Shown piece after piece: positions 48,194 to 61,543 of a stretch of 64,000 bases of DNA; within the stretch, counting starts at the first letter, position 1; each line of letters starts with the position of its first letter. Both the position numbers and the translations under genes were made by a program. The notes under the pieces were generated by a model that made no database searches, was not told the DNA's origin, and saw only the letters and a list, made by a program, of their open reading frames with translations. The stretch is from the NCBI RefSeq assembly GCF_964188315.1, contig NC_135660.1, positions 52,328,001 to 52,392,000 of the forward strand. The letters run 5' to 3'. Source of the DNA: Podarcis muralis (taxonomy: Eukaryota).

Positions 48194-51100
48194 TAATGTT
48201 TAACTCTTTGCCACAAAAAGTTTTACCTGCTGATTGTTGCAAGTCCAACCCTTCTTCAAGAGGGCAGGAGCTGATCAGGCCAGTACCTTCTCCCCTCCCA
48301 GGCCACTTACCAGCAGTGGAGCAAGCCAATCAGGCACCTAGGGTGGCAGGTGGGGCCAGCCGCCTGCGGGGTGGGGCAAACCGGGGCAGGACACTCTGCA
48401 GGATCTCCAAGGAGCCAGCATGCCTGCCTCCTCCCACTCAGCCACCCTACAGCTGAAGGGGAGGCAGTGGGCAGACCGTTTGGGCATCACAGAACCTGCG
48501 TGTGCCTAAGCCACTGCGTCTCTTTCAGGAGAGACACGTGGTTCGGGTGTGCTGCTGGCCCCGCAGTGAGTGCAGCCCGGCATTTTGTCACACACACCCC
48601 AGTGGTGACACCAGGGGCAAGCTGCCCCTACCGCATCCCCCTTCCCCTGCCACTGCCACTTACCAAGGCCAACTGATATTGTGGGTCTTGCCGTGCAAAC
48701 AGCAGCTGCAATTCTAAGCCTGCAGTCGTCACTTGGAGGTATGGGGAGATCAGGGACCAATTCTTGGATGAAACCTCTGTGGCTGACTTACGCCTGTTAG
48801 TCAAAATGGGTAAGAGGCTGGGTAGTCCACACATCTGATCAGTTTGCCAAATTGACAGATGCATGCATCCTTAATCAGAACAACTGGACCAATCACCAGG
48901 ATCAGGAAAACTAATGCACGTGCTGTGTTCTGTCTTACTGTGTTTTTCAGCCGGAGTGCTTTTTCACAGAATTATTTCTTATTTATTTATTATTATTTTG
49001 TGTCCCCCTCAGTTCAGCACCCTCCGGATGGGAACTGCCTGCACCGCCCTAAATCTGCATCCAGTTTGTGTACACATTACTCTGGTTCCAGCGCACTCCT
49101 ATCCCTGTCTTTTGACTCTGTATACATGATGTTATCCTGTAGTTTATTGCCAAATAATGCTGTGTGATGCGTTTTCCCTGAAACTGCTGCCAGCCAGAGT
49201 AAATAATGCTGATTTAGATGGGCTGAGGATCTGAGCCGATATAAAGCAGCTTCTTCTGTCTGTATGATATATAGAGCATTAGGTAAATCAGACGATTGAA
49301 GTGCCATTCAGTCTAACATGGCATTCAAATGCAGCAATTATTTCATTTCACATTTGTATATCCCACATATTAAATTTTGAATAACCCTCAATATAGCTAT
49401 GGGAAAGGGAGTCCTAATATTTTAGGACATTTGATAACTCGAGATTAAGTTTAAAGTGGGGGAGTGGGATTCACAGTCCAGTTCATTCCAGTCCACTAGT
49501 CCAGCATGCATTAAACTCAAGCTCCTTTGCATATTGTCAGAACCACATTCAGCTTGCTTTGCTGTAAAATCGCTATGGGATTGAATGTGTAATCATAACA
49601 AATGAAAATGTTGAGAACTCACTTTCTTATGCCTGAATTATAATTGGTCTTATTTTTCTTTTAAAATCATTACAAAGCATTCTAAATAAATTCATCATCC
49701 CCCTGCTCCTCTAAATGCAATTTTTACATTTAAAACAAAATTCAATGTTTGAACAATAGAAATAGCACAAAGAGAAAATGTCAGCAAACATTAAATGAAT
49801 GATGTTAAAAGTACTAATAAACATCTAGAAATCTGAGTTACACATATTGTGGAGCAGACGAGAAAACCTATTCCAGTGGGGGGTGGGGGGAATCAGTTTG
49901 AAAACAAAATTAAAATATAGAATTTGACTGGTTAAATGATCAACTGGTCAAAAGTAAATGAAAAGAAATTCTGGGTCATCAGAAAGTGCTGGATGTATAA
50001 GGCAAAGGACGAAATGGCGTTCTTTGTTCTACTCTCACATTTCCTTCCTAAACTGGGTGGATTAAAATAGTCTTTCCAATACCTGGCAGATTGCTAGAGC
50101 CAAAAAGCATACCAATGTCTGCTGGTATCTTCAGTTTGAAGGATCAATAATCCAGTTGTAGCTGAATGACCTAGAAACAAAAATTTGTTTCTGAATGACC
50201 TGGAAACTCCAAAATTTGAGTATAATGTTCAGGCTGCATATTAACTATTTCATATTTTTCATATATGCAGATACAGTAATATATCTTCTAAGCAAACCTC
50301 ACTAGGGTGAGAGCTGATTCATCTACTGGACCATCACTTTGGACATCAGCTTGGTTTCACCTCTTGGGTGGAAGAAGTAGAAGTTTCACCAGTAGATATG
50401 CTGGGGTGCCTATTAAAATGATTTTTTTAAACAGTAAGCACTTATGATGAATAGCTCATCAGTTATTAATATATTATCAATGAATACTAAAAACCCACAT
50501 TTCACTAGCACAGTTCTTTTTTTTTTACTAGCAGCTCATCCAGATGTCTCAACCAACATGGTATAAATATATTTTCTTCACTTGAGTCTGTAATGTGCTG
50601 TCATTGAGATGAGTACAGCAAGAAACCGGTATTCTCAAATGGCTCAATAGAGTTTTCCATACTGAACATAATCCACTTGCTCTTATCTTAATCTCCAGTA
50701 ATTTGGGGTGCAAACCTTAGAAAGTTCTTAAACTTTTGCCTGATCCTGTAATGCTGCTGCACCACTGTAAAAATTTGGAATGGAGAAAACTCTTTTGTTC
50801 TTAAACTTCAGAGAGTCATGTTCCTAAGAGTATGTGGCGTAGATTCTGTAGGATTATCTAAATCTGACGTTTATCTGGGTAAAACCCAACACATAGTGTG
50901 TCATGGCTAATCACATGGTTTTATGCTTTCACTTGCAAAAGAAAGAGCAGTGCAAGTGACAACCTCACAAATAATGCATAATCTGTACACGTGAAGTAAT
51001 CTCTGGTGCTTTGTTACTTCAAGGATATACTGCAGATACCATGCACAACTGAAACTTGGCATTGTTGCTAGGTTTAGAGCATTCATATTCATTGAAAAAT

Positions 51101-51974
51101 AAGGGAGTAAATAAAATGATTACATCGGGCTTCAACAGCATTGACTTCCAAGAGACTTTGTGGATGATGAGGGATTGCAAAATTGGGCATGCAATTTCCT
51201 GTTTGGCTTACTGCTTGCATTCTGCTCTCTTTTCGACTTCAGCAAGTCTGGTTGAGCAGGTTCACATGTAAAGCCGTATTGGAAAGGAAAGAATAGTACT
51301 TCCATTTATTTATTTATTTTTGCTTACTATCAATCCATTCCCTGGATTTTCAGGCTTCTACTCAACTAAATCCACGGTCAAACCGCATCGTTCTTTCCGG
51401 CTTGTTGTAGACTACATTTTGTTCTTTAAAAATATCTATCTTTAATGAGTGAAAGACATTTGCATTTAGGCTGCATGCAATCAAACCAAATTCTATGGTT
51501 TTAATCAAAATCCAAAGTCTGAAATAATAAAGTAGGAGAAGCAAAGCAAAAGTGCTTTCACATTTTTTCATCCTCTGGATGTCTTCATGAAGACATTTGT
51601 TGAATATGTTCTTGTACAAAGGAGAAAGGGAGACACACACCAACAATGGATCCCAACTTCATTGAGTTTGTATACAGATTCCATAACGTTGGCACACATT
51701 GTACAGTAACACTGTGATGTTAGCAATAGCTGCATTGCTGATGATGGAAACCAGGCCAACTGGCCTGCTGGGAAAACTAGGAATGAAACTGGAAGTCATG
51801 AGTTGCTCATGATTTCCATAGCTACCAGTTTTGGGCTCTGTCTTGTAGCCATTCTCCAGTGAAGAATGGTTCCCAACTATTGGAAGCACAAGAGTTTGTG
51901 GGTAGCCCCCCCCCCCACTTTGTCACCAATCACAAGTTATGACATTGTCAAATCTTCTGACATGTTAAATGCCC

Positions 51975-51975
<1 letters not shown>

Positions 51976-52021
<46 letters not shown>
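51976..52021. repeat. (AC)n microsatellite
   Basis: Direct inspection. Confidence 0.97.
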
Positions 52022-52023
<2 letters not shown>

Positions 52024-53924
52024 TCTATATATGGCAAAATTCCTTCCCAGCTCCATCAGCAACCTACATGGGCTCTTTTTTCTGGGGCCTAAGGGGGCAA
52101 TCAGGGGCTGCTGGGGGGACTGGCTGCTTTTGGTGGGTCAGTCAGGCTTGATTCAAGTTCAGATGAATTTTACCTCAAACCGAGATCACAGATCAATGAT
52201 TTATCAGGCACATGGTCTGTTTCCATAAGTCAGCTTACCCCTTCATTGGGCAGGTGACATTGTGGCTTGGCACCATCCCCCCTTCACAATCCCATGATGG
52301 GAGGCCTGGTCAGATCACAGCCTGACTGTAAATTGGCCAATCTCAGGCAGGCTACTGTGCAGGACCTCCATGGGGCCAACTGTACCAGCAGGTGTCACTT
52401 GGGTCCATGCCTGGGGACTAAATAGAAGGCCTGTCCAGGCCTCACTTACACTTCTCCTTTCTGGTTATTTATTATATATCGGGGGCGAGGGGGTCACAGG
52501 GCACGCAAGTCAGCAAGTCAGCTCCATGGTTCACAGGCAGAGCGATAAGCAAGAGTGGTTTTCAGAAACAAGTAGAATCCAGAATGATCCAAGTGATGCC
52601 TTCAATTGAATCAGCTGTTTAGGTACTATAGCAAAAAAACAAAACCACCCTCTATAACTCATTATTGATAAACAGTATCAGCCTTCTAAAAAGATACAAA
52701 AATGATATTCTGCATGCTGCCTGCCTTTCTCTGAAACCTACTCAGCAATGACTTTTGCAGATACTATAGTCTTAACATTTTGTTTTAATAAGCATGCAGC
52801 TCTACAACAGAAAAAGCAAACATCAGTGTTATCAATATACCTAATTAAAACAAATGCCAGCACACACTACCCAGTTTGCATTTGCCACATGTGCTTTAAG
52901 TTGATAACAATGCCAGCCAAGTTTCTGACCCAGCAATCCACAAGTGGGTTCAAGCCCCGGTTTGGCAATATGTATTAAAGTGTGTTCTGATGGGTCCATT
53001 TGCTTCTTCCAATTGCTTTAAGTTTAAGGCTGCTTTGTTCTTAGCACATGCCAAAAGGACCATGCTTACTTACAGAATTACAGATGCTGGGCCACGGGGC
53101 TACTGGAAACGCAGACCTCTGATCTGAAATCCCTTCCCCTGATCTCTGGTGTGATTGTGTAAATCAGAGAGGGAGAATCCCAGGCCTGGAGGCCAAATGC
53201 AGCCATCCAAGCCCCTAGGGGTCTAGATTCAATCTCCAGCATCTCCAGGTATGCTTGAGACTCTGGAGAGTCACTACCAGTGTGAACAATTCTGAGCTAG
53301 ATGGGCCCATGGTCTGACTTGATACAAGGCAACTTGCTGCTTTACAGGATTTAGGATATCTAATGTTTGATGCAATGAGAATACACTTGCTGAGAAAGTT
53401 TGCTAGAGTGTAGGATGCACTGGACCTTCATTAGTCTCCTTAAATTACATGTTAAAGTAACCTCACAATACCTGGAATGGCAGAAGCCTTACACATCCCA
53501 TTAAAGTTCCAGCTATCATAAAAATAAATTAGTTAGCCTACATTTTCAGGTTAATCTTCAATTTCATAATTGCATCGGTAATTACTGTAAGTTAACATAA
53601 TTAGGTGCTAACATTTAATTGAGAATTATTTATTCAGGAATCTTGAGCATTGCAGGGCTTTTTTTCTTTCATAGCTCCAAACCATTTTGTGTAATGCTGC
53701 ACATCTCCAATATGCACCACCAGTTATTGAATGGGCAATATTAATAGCTCTGCAGCTTAATTTCTTTTTCTTTGCTAGTCTTTATTACCTTAGCTCAGGA
53801 ATAGAAGCAAGTCTTTGGCACTCTTTATGAATATTCCCTTCTGCTTCACCATAATTTTGCCAGAATATTACTGAATACCCACAAAATCAAAGTGTGTTAT
53901 GAAGGGTCATACCTGACTGGAAGA

Positions 53925-54050
53925 GCATCTGCTTTGCATGTCTAGATAGAGCTGCAACAGCCCCTGCCTAAAACCTTGCAGAGCCGTGGTTGGTCAGTGT
54001 ACTGAGCTGATGAACCCATGGTCTGACTCAATATAAGGCAGCTTCCTTTG
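53925..54050 (+). mobile_element. Degenerate tRNA-derived SINE (AGAGCATCTGCTTTGCATG head ... GGTCTGACTC.TATAAGGCAGCTTCC tail)
   Basis: Related copies at ~3770-3920, 34950-35090, 53230-53340 and 54765-55005 (the last interrupted by a hAT MITE). Confidence 0.6.
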
Positions 54051-54288
54051 TTTTTAGACAACAACCGGTATTTCAGTAGACTGTTAGGATTGTGGCAGCT
54101 GCTGTAATACATGGGAAAACGATATGTTAAGTGCAAGTTCCTTGCACCCCATGTATGTTTGGTTCCCACAACATTAAGTAGGTGAAAAGCTGAATCAACT
54201 TTCAACGTTGTGACATGCATTGTACACATATATATTCTCATGTGGAGGTGAGAACTCCCACAAATGCAAGTATGCACAGAGAGTTAAG

Positions 54289-54349
<61 letters not shown>
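54289..54349. repeat. Compound (AT)n(AG)n microsatellite
   Basis: Direct inspection. Confidence 0.97.
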
Positions 54350-54355
<6 letters not shown>

Positions 54356-56684
54356 TTCTGTATATTTGGATAGGTTTGCAAACTAGCCTCCTGCACTTTT
54401 TGCTCCCCAGCAACTAGGATTCTGGGCATACTGCTTTGGATTCTGGTGAGCCTATTAAGCCAGCTGCAACAAAACATGGCTCTCCTGTATTGGTCTCCAC
54501 AACCACAGCAGGCGCTGTAACTCTCCAACAGTTTGACTTCACCTCCTAAGGCACAGTCCTCCATTGTCTCCCGAGACAGATGGATGCCGACAAAAGTTTC
54601 CAATACTTTGTATCTAGTTTCCTTTGAAAACCATCTCAGCCAATGGCTGTCACCGTTTCTTGTAATAGTAAATTGTGGAAATTAATGACACATTGTACAA
54701 AGAAGTAGTTTAGTTTAGCTTTGCCTGTCCTGAATCGACTGGCAATAAATTTCATTGGGGATGGGCTACAGCTGGAAAAGCACATGTTTTGCATTCAAAA
54801 AGGCCCTGGTTCAATCTCTGGCATCCCTGGGAAAGACTCCTGTCTGAAACCCTGGAGGGCCACTATGAATCAGTATAAACCAAGGGTAGCCAAAGTTGTT
54901 GGACTCCAATTTCCATCAGCCAGCATGGCCAACCATCAAGGATGATGGGAGTTGTAGTCCACAATATCTGGGTGGCACCCCATTAGAGTAGACAATACTG
55001 AGCTAATTGAATTGACCTGACTTGTTCCTATTAGCTCTAGTATTATGGAAGAGGGAGAATAAATCCTGGCTGCCCAATTTCTTCACACCGTAGAGCAAGA
55101 CCCAAAGGATGCAGTAGCCCTTTCCTGTTCCATAGCATCTGGCAGGGACAGCCCTACCCATCACATGTTCCACCTGCCCCACCACTTCTGCTGCCACTAG
55201 AGCACCCTCCTCTCATCAGTTTTGTGATGGGGGCATTCCACAAGGACTTGGCACTTTTTTGCCCCAGGAGTATGAAGGATAAGTGGCCACATTGCGTGCT
55301 GGAATGACTCCCTCTCACCGAACTTGGTGGTGATGGTGGGCATTCCGCAAGGCTTCGATGCTCATCTTCTCCACCCCTGGAGCAAGTGGGGTGGGGTTTG
55401 GGTCACAATGGCAGTGGAGGAGTGGGAGGAGCATCACCTCTTGCACTTCCACTACCTGAGGCAGCTCATTCACCCTGCCTCATGGGTGGACTGGCTCTGG
55501 CATCTGGTATGCAGAAGTCCCAAGTTCTGGGACATCATTGCTCATAGGAGTCAATAGACCTGTTCTTCATGAAACCAACAGAGCTGTACTGATTAAGCTG
55601 CATTTGCTTCTTTGAAAAGAAGTAGACCTGCGCAATTCCTCCAAAGAGCAGATAATCAGAAAATCAGCACACTTTGAGATACCTGTTGCTAGGAGAAAAT
55701 TATTTTTTTTAATGCATTGGCCTTCCTTTTCTGAAATATAAATTAATTATGACTCTATAAAACCCTTTTTACCATAGCTAATTAATCAGAATCTCCCCAT
55801 AAACTTTGTGTCGACAGTACTGTATGTCTAATTATCTTTCCCACTTCAGAATTGTGCTGTTGAATAATGAAGAAAAAACATTACCTGATGAATTCTTTAT
55901 TTGATGATGATATCTCCAGAGACGGGGAAGACAAAGGGACTTAAATGCCATCTTAAATTACATCTTGGTCGTGGTCAGCTTTTCAGCTGGTTTCCATTTG
56001 TGTGGAAGCCATTCAGAAATACTTGCATTCCCAGTGAGAGGGAATGTAATGGAATAACCAGAATAAATTACTGTACCTATTTAGGATGCTACTAAATCTA
56101 GATGTTGTGACCCTTTCCGTGTACAGTAAGTCACAAAAGAACTCTTAATGCCCTGTCAACCTCTTCTGTGAAAAGTTGGCTGGGCAGGGGAAACTTCATT
56201 GGGTCATTTTTTATTAAAATGTCTTCCCCCTCTTTTCTCCATCATGAACCACTCAAAATAATTCAAACCAGAAAACCTGCATGTGTCTTACATGTCTCTG
56301 GAGGTGACGCTAACGTTTTAACTTTAATTTTTAAGTGCTTCACTCTAGGCATGACATCTCGATTGTATAGCCACTTACTAATTTGAAAGTCTTCCTAACG
56401 CAATGTGCCAGTGTATCTTGCAGACTGAAAGTGAAATCCTACACCCACCATATGTCTTGCAGTTCTGGGGTTCACATGGAAGCTGCCCTCTTTTATTCTA
56501 TGAGTTGAGTAATGCTGTGCGTGAACAATGCAGATTATTCTCAGCGTGTGTGGAGAACTTCCCAGCATTTGCCTCTGACACATACATTCTTTCTATACCA
56601 ATGGTGAGCTCCTTCTCTGAGTGCGGATCCTGCTGTAAGCAAAATCCACACACTAGAGGGAGGTATGAGCAGGTGTGGAGAGTA

Positions 56685-57014
56685 CAGTGGTACCTCAGGT
56701 TAAGTACTTAATTCGTTCCAGAGCTCCCTACTTAACCTGAAACTGTTCTTAACCTGAAGCACCACTTTAGCTAATGGAGCCTCCTGCTGCTGCCGCGCCG
56801 CTGGAGCATGATTTCTGTTCTCATCCTGAAGCAAAGTTCTTAACCCAAGGTATTATTTCTGGGTTAGCGGAGTCTGTAACCTGAAGCATATGTAATCCAA
56901 GGTATTATTTCTGGGTTAGCGGAGTCTGTAACCTGAAGCGTATGTAACCCAAGGTATTATTTCTGGGTTAGCGGAGTCTGTAACCTGAAGCGTATGTAAC
57001 CCGAGGTACCACTG
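56685..57014. mobile_element. Tc1/mariner-type MITE expanded by a 52-bp triple tandem repeat
   Basis: TA|CAGTGGTACCTCAGG ... CCGAGGTACCACTG|TA; unit CCAAGGTATTATTTCTGGGTTAGCGGAGTCTGTAACCTGAAGC(A/G)TATGTAA(T/C) at 56845, 56897 and 56949. Confidence 0.92.
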
Positions 57015-59845
57015 TACCTTAAAGTTTGCAGAAGTACAAAGAGACTTGGGAGGGACCCAAAGGAGTTACGCCCCTCAGTTAAACAGAATCCAATGAGAAC
57101 CAGGGAAGATCAGCGAGCATGGAAAGTTGGGAGCTGGGCAGGAAAAGAGGGGAGGTGATGGGATGGAATGGAGTGTCATGGAAAAGGGAATGACTGTTTG
57201 GCTCAGTGGTTCTCCAACTCTTTCAGGTCACTACTCCACTGGTTCCATAAACTCATCCCCAGTGCCCCCTATCCTACCCTATAAAAAGCATTATTCAGAT
57301 TAGTGGTTTGCTAAGGAAAACGATAACAAAAAAGAATTCAAAACAGTAACAATTAATTGCACATTTATTCGGAATCCTGTTAAAACTATTTAGCGTAATA
57401 AGCAAAAGCATTTGGTGTAATTAAGCAAAATTGATGAACTTGATCCAGTATACTGGCTTTTCGAAGTCTGGTAGTCATTTACACTTCCAGTGCCCTCTGC
57501 CACCCCCTTTCCTCTTAGCGCCCGTTTAAGTAATCTCACTGCCCCTGCTCTAGGGGTGGTTACCAACCATTTTGGTACTACCCAGCTTCCTATTAAACAC
57601 TGGGAAGAACTGATCTAGCGGAAAAACTCCACTCGACACTACAATATTTAGTTGCAGGCCTCAATTCTTGCTAGTTTCAGGTCCAATAATGCATTAAATG
57701 CATGATGTAACACGTCACATTTAGGATGAATCTGTGTGTGCGGATAGCTGAGCGGTGCACTTGTACAGCCATTTACATGCAACATTCACTGAGCGTATAA
57801 TATATGTACCCAATTGCTGAGCTTTACAAACACATGAATGGGAGAGAAAGGGAACATTGTTGGCCTTGGTCCTGATGTTGTATGTAGTCACTCTGGCCTC
57901 TGCAAAGGTGGTTCAGGTCTGAAGAGGAGACAGCTGCCCCACATAGACTCCTCCATACAACTAGGAGCCTTGCATGGTTACAGGGCCAGGGCCCAGTCAT
58001 ACTTTAGCCCAAGGGTGGGGGGACCTTTTTTCCCAGTACCCCAAGGACTGCCTTCCCTTCTTGGCAACCTTTGGGGGCCACATGCCATTGTGGGCAGAGC
58101 CAGGAGAAAATGTGGGTGAAGCAACACAGGCAAATTTTACCTCTGTACACTAGGCTAGTTTCTGCATGCAGTCACATGCCACTCTCTATCCTCTACACAA
58201 GAAACACCATCAGAGTTCAAGGACACATTCCAGACAAAGAGGGTGTGAAGCAGAGCTGGTGATGGGGAGGGATTGTCTGGGGAAAGTGCCATGGGCTGGA
58301 TAGAGAGATCTGGAGAGCCAAAAAGGCCCTAAGGCCCAAAGGTCCTCATTCCTGCGTTAGCCTTTCAGGTGATCAATGCCTAGGTAGTACTAGTGTGAGG
58401 GCCAAGCATCTTTATTGGTGACAATGTCCTCTTCATGAAGGTAAAGTTGAACATCGTGGGTCTCATTCCTTTAAGATGTGACATCTGGATCATTTTTCAA
58501 TGCAATGCATGTTCAAAAAGATACAGTGGGATGTGAAGCAGCTCTTAAATCAGTAAATAAATACATTTCTAGCCTGACTGAACCCTGACAGGGAAAAAGT
58601 GATACAGAAAACTAAATGAAAGCTCACATAAGGTTTGCAGATGCTGCATAGCAACCCAGAAAAGGTACCACTTGATCTCCGATTGAGAGCATATCAGAAA
58701 GTCAGCCACCCTGACCTCCGTGGTTAATGAATTTCATAAGGTGGAAGCAAAAGCTTAAAGTGCCCTGTGGCTCAATGTCTTCAGCCAGAAAGAACTAATC
58801 CAATTGACCGAGGCCAAAGGAAAATGGCCGAGGATGTATAAGGTCCCATAATGTCTCTGAGGTATTCAGAAAGCAAGTCAATTTAAGATCTTGTAAGTTA
58901 ATAACTAGGACTTTAGAGGTAGCCAGAGCAGGATTTTTTGTACAAGCAGGCTAATGTGATTTTCATGCATGGTGTCAGTCGAAATTTCAGCTGCTTAGTT
59001 CGAGGCTAAACAGAAGTTTGTTTATCAGTGAAAAATCCAATGGCAACAAGCAGCTATAAGTAAAGAAACTTTTCTCACACTTGGAAGTCAAATGCAAATC
59101 TGGGTGGTACTAAATTTTTACATCCTCTGTTAACACTGTAAGCCAGTGTGGTGTAGTAGTTAGATTGTCAGACCAGGACCTGAAAGACTTGAGTTCAAAT
59201 CTCCACTCAGCCAGATCCATCCTTGGGGAAAAAAAGTGGGATATAAATGAAATCAACCAACCAACCAACCTGTGTCATATGTCAGTGTTCCAACGACATA
59301 TTAATTGCAGCTCCGGTTTGTTGGCATTTGTCTGTCTCGAGAGAGAATGGAAGATAAAATCAAACCACTGGAGAGAGCTACAGTGCCTCCAGTGGTTATA
59401 GAGACTGATACGGGATAGACATGCTTTATTGCAAGTGGAGCAGATGAAAGAGTCTGGTTTTGCTGCTCCAGTACAGGCTATTAATATAGAACAGAATCGA
59501 CCCATACTTGAGATTACAATATCATGCAAATATATGCATACTGCAGCTTTTCCAAACCTGGCACCCTCCAGATGTTTCAGCCTACAAATCACATCATCCC
59601 TAGCGAGCATGGGCAGCAGTCAGGGATGAGACGGTCACCTTATTTAAACTGAAGGGCCACCTAGCCCACTAGCTGATATCTGGATTACAGTAATGGTCAG
59701 CTCTGAAAGAACGCTGATGCCCCCTAGCACAAGCTGCAGTACGTCACATACTGCTTAGAAGTTTGATTGCAATCAAGCGGTATATACATTGTGTTAAACA
59801 AATAAATAGAACACCCAGATCAGATGTAACACTACTTGTAGGATC

Positions 59846-60262
59846 CAAGATGGTCAAAGGTCTGGAAACCAAGCCTTATGAGGAACGGTTGAAGGTGTTT
59901 AGCCTGGTAAAGAGGAGACTGAGAGGAATTATTGTAGCCATCTTCAAATGGCCACCTGTCACATGGAAGATGGAGCAAGCTTGATTTCTCCTGCTCTGGA
60001 GGGTAGTACCTGAATCAATATTTCAAGTTACAAAAAAGGAGATTCCAACTAAACATCAGGAAAAGGTTTCTGACAGCAAGAGTGTTCAGCAGTGGAACGG
60101 ACTCCCTTGGAATGTTGACTCTCCTTCCTTGCAGACTTTTAAGCAGAGGCTGGATGGCCACCTGTCATGGATGCTTTCGTTGACATTCCTGAATTGCTGG
60201 GGTTGGACTACATGATCCTCGGGGTCCATTCCAACTCTACAATTGTATGATTCTATGATTCT
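59846..60262 (+). mobile_element. CR1 LINE 3' fragment
   Basis: KMVKGLETKPYEERLK..FSLVKRRLRG.I.AIFK peptide, followed by CR1 3' UTR and TTCCAACTCTAC...ATGATTCTATGATTCT tail. Confidence 0.88.
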
Positions 60263-61480
60263 GTTTATTTTCACCTGAAGACATTTGTGTTGGGGATACC
60301 TGGGCCAGACCAAATTGCTTTGTGTCCAGACCTGGCCCAAGAACTAGAAACTGCCCATGGCCATAGTGTACCATTGGGTCCCATTTGACAAAAACAATTC
60401 CAGCATGGCAAATGGTCAGGGATGATGGGGGTTGTAGTCTAACAGCATCTGGAGGACCATAGTCTGTCCGCCCCTGTTGTAGACTACAGTTGCCTTTATT
60501 TCCCCCTCATCATGCTCATGACCTGCTTTGCCTTCAAGAACTTCAGAGAGGCATATATGAGGTTCCCAGGCAATCTTCCATCTGGGTACTAGCCAAGCCT
60601 TTCAAGTGTCAGAGACAGAACTACATCAGCTGCTTTAAGAACATTTTTAGATTACTTACAGAAAAGGAGCAGCAACTGGATTACACAAATTGGTTACACT
60701 AATGGATTTCCGTAAAGTTTTTTTTTTGTGTTTTTTTAATAAAGATGCACAAAGACAAAGAATATATTTAACAATTGGAACAAATTGGATAAATTGCTCC
60801 CTTAGACATAGTTCTCTACCTGAAATTATTTGTGTTTTTAAAGCTTCTAGAAGTTTTAGTTACTTAAAAGAAGGGGGAAAGGGGGAAAGGAACACGATAG
60901 AACCACTTTGTTCTTTTCCTAGTCTTTGGAATACACAAATGGCCTTGAGATATCTACCCTAGATATATGACCGAATGCTAAGTTATCAATCATTAAGGAT
61001 AAAAGAGGTTTGTGTTTAAAAGGCAAAGGGTTATTAAGATCAGCTATGGTTTTCCAAGAGCAAATCCTGTCAGATGAATATGATGAAGGTCTTTGAAGGA
61101 GTAACAAAAGAAACAAATGAAGAGGCCGTAATTTATGTAGACTTCTAACAAGGACAAAACCAGCCATTTGAGTGTATATACATTCAGCTTGAGCCTTAGC
61201 TCCCTGTCCAGAGTGCCCAATAATCTCCCAAAGCAGACAGTCTTTTTCAGGCAGTCTGATCGCTAATGCAGCCTTCACACACATATGTACACAAAGTAGT
61301 TTTCCGAAAACTATTGGCTTCAATCACATAGTAGTTTATACTTGTCTAAAAACAATGGAGATTGTGATTACTTAAAACACAGTTTCAGAACTATTGAATC
61401 CACCCCCTAGAACCACTTCTTCTTATCTTTGATCTTTTTTATGATTACGTCATGCTACCATGGGACACAAAGTTAAATAT

Positions 61481-61481
<1 letters not shown>

Positions 61482-61543
<62 letters not shown>
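61482..61543. repeat. (TTG)n microsatellite
   Basis: Direct inspection. Confidence 0.97.
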
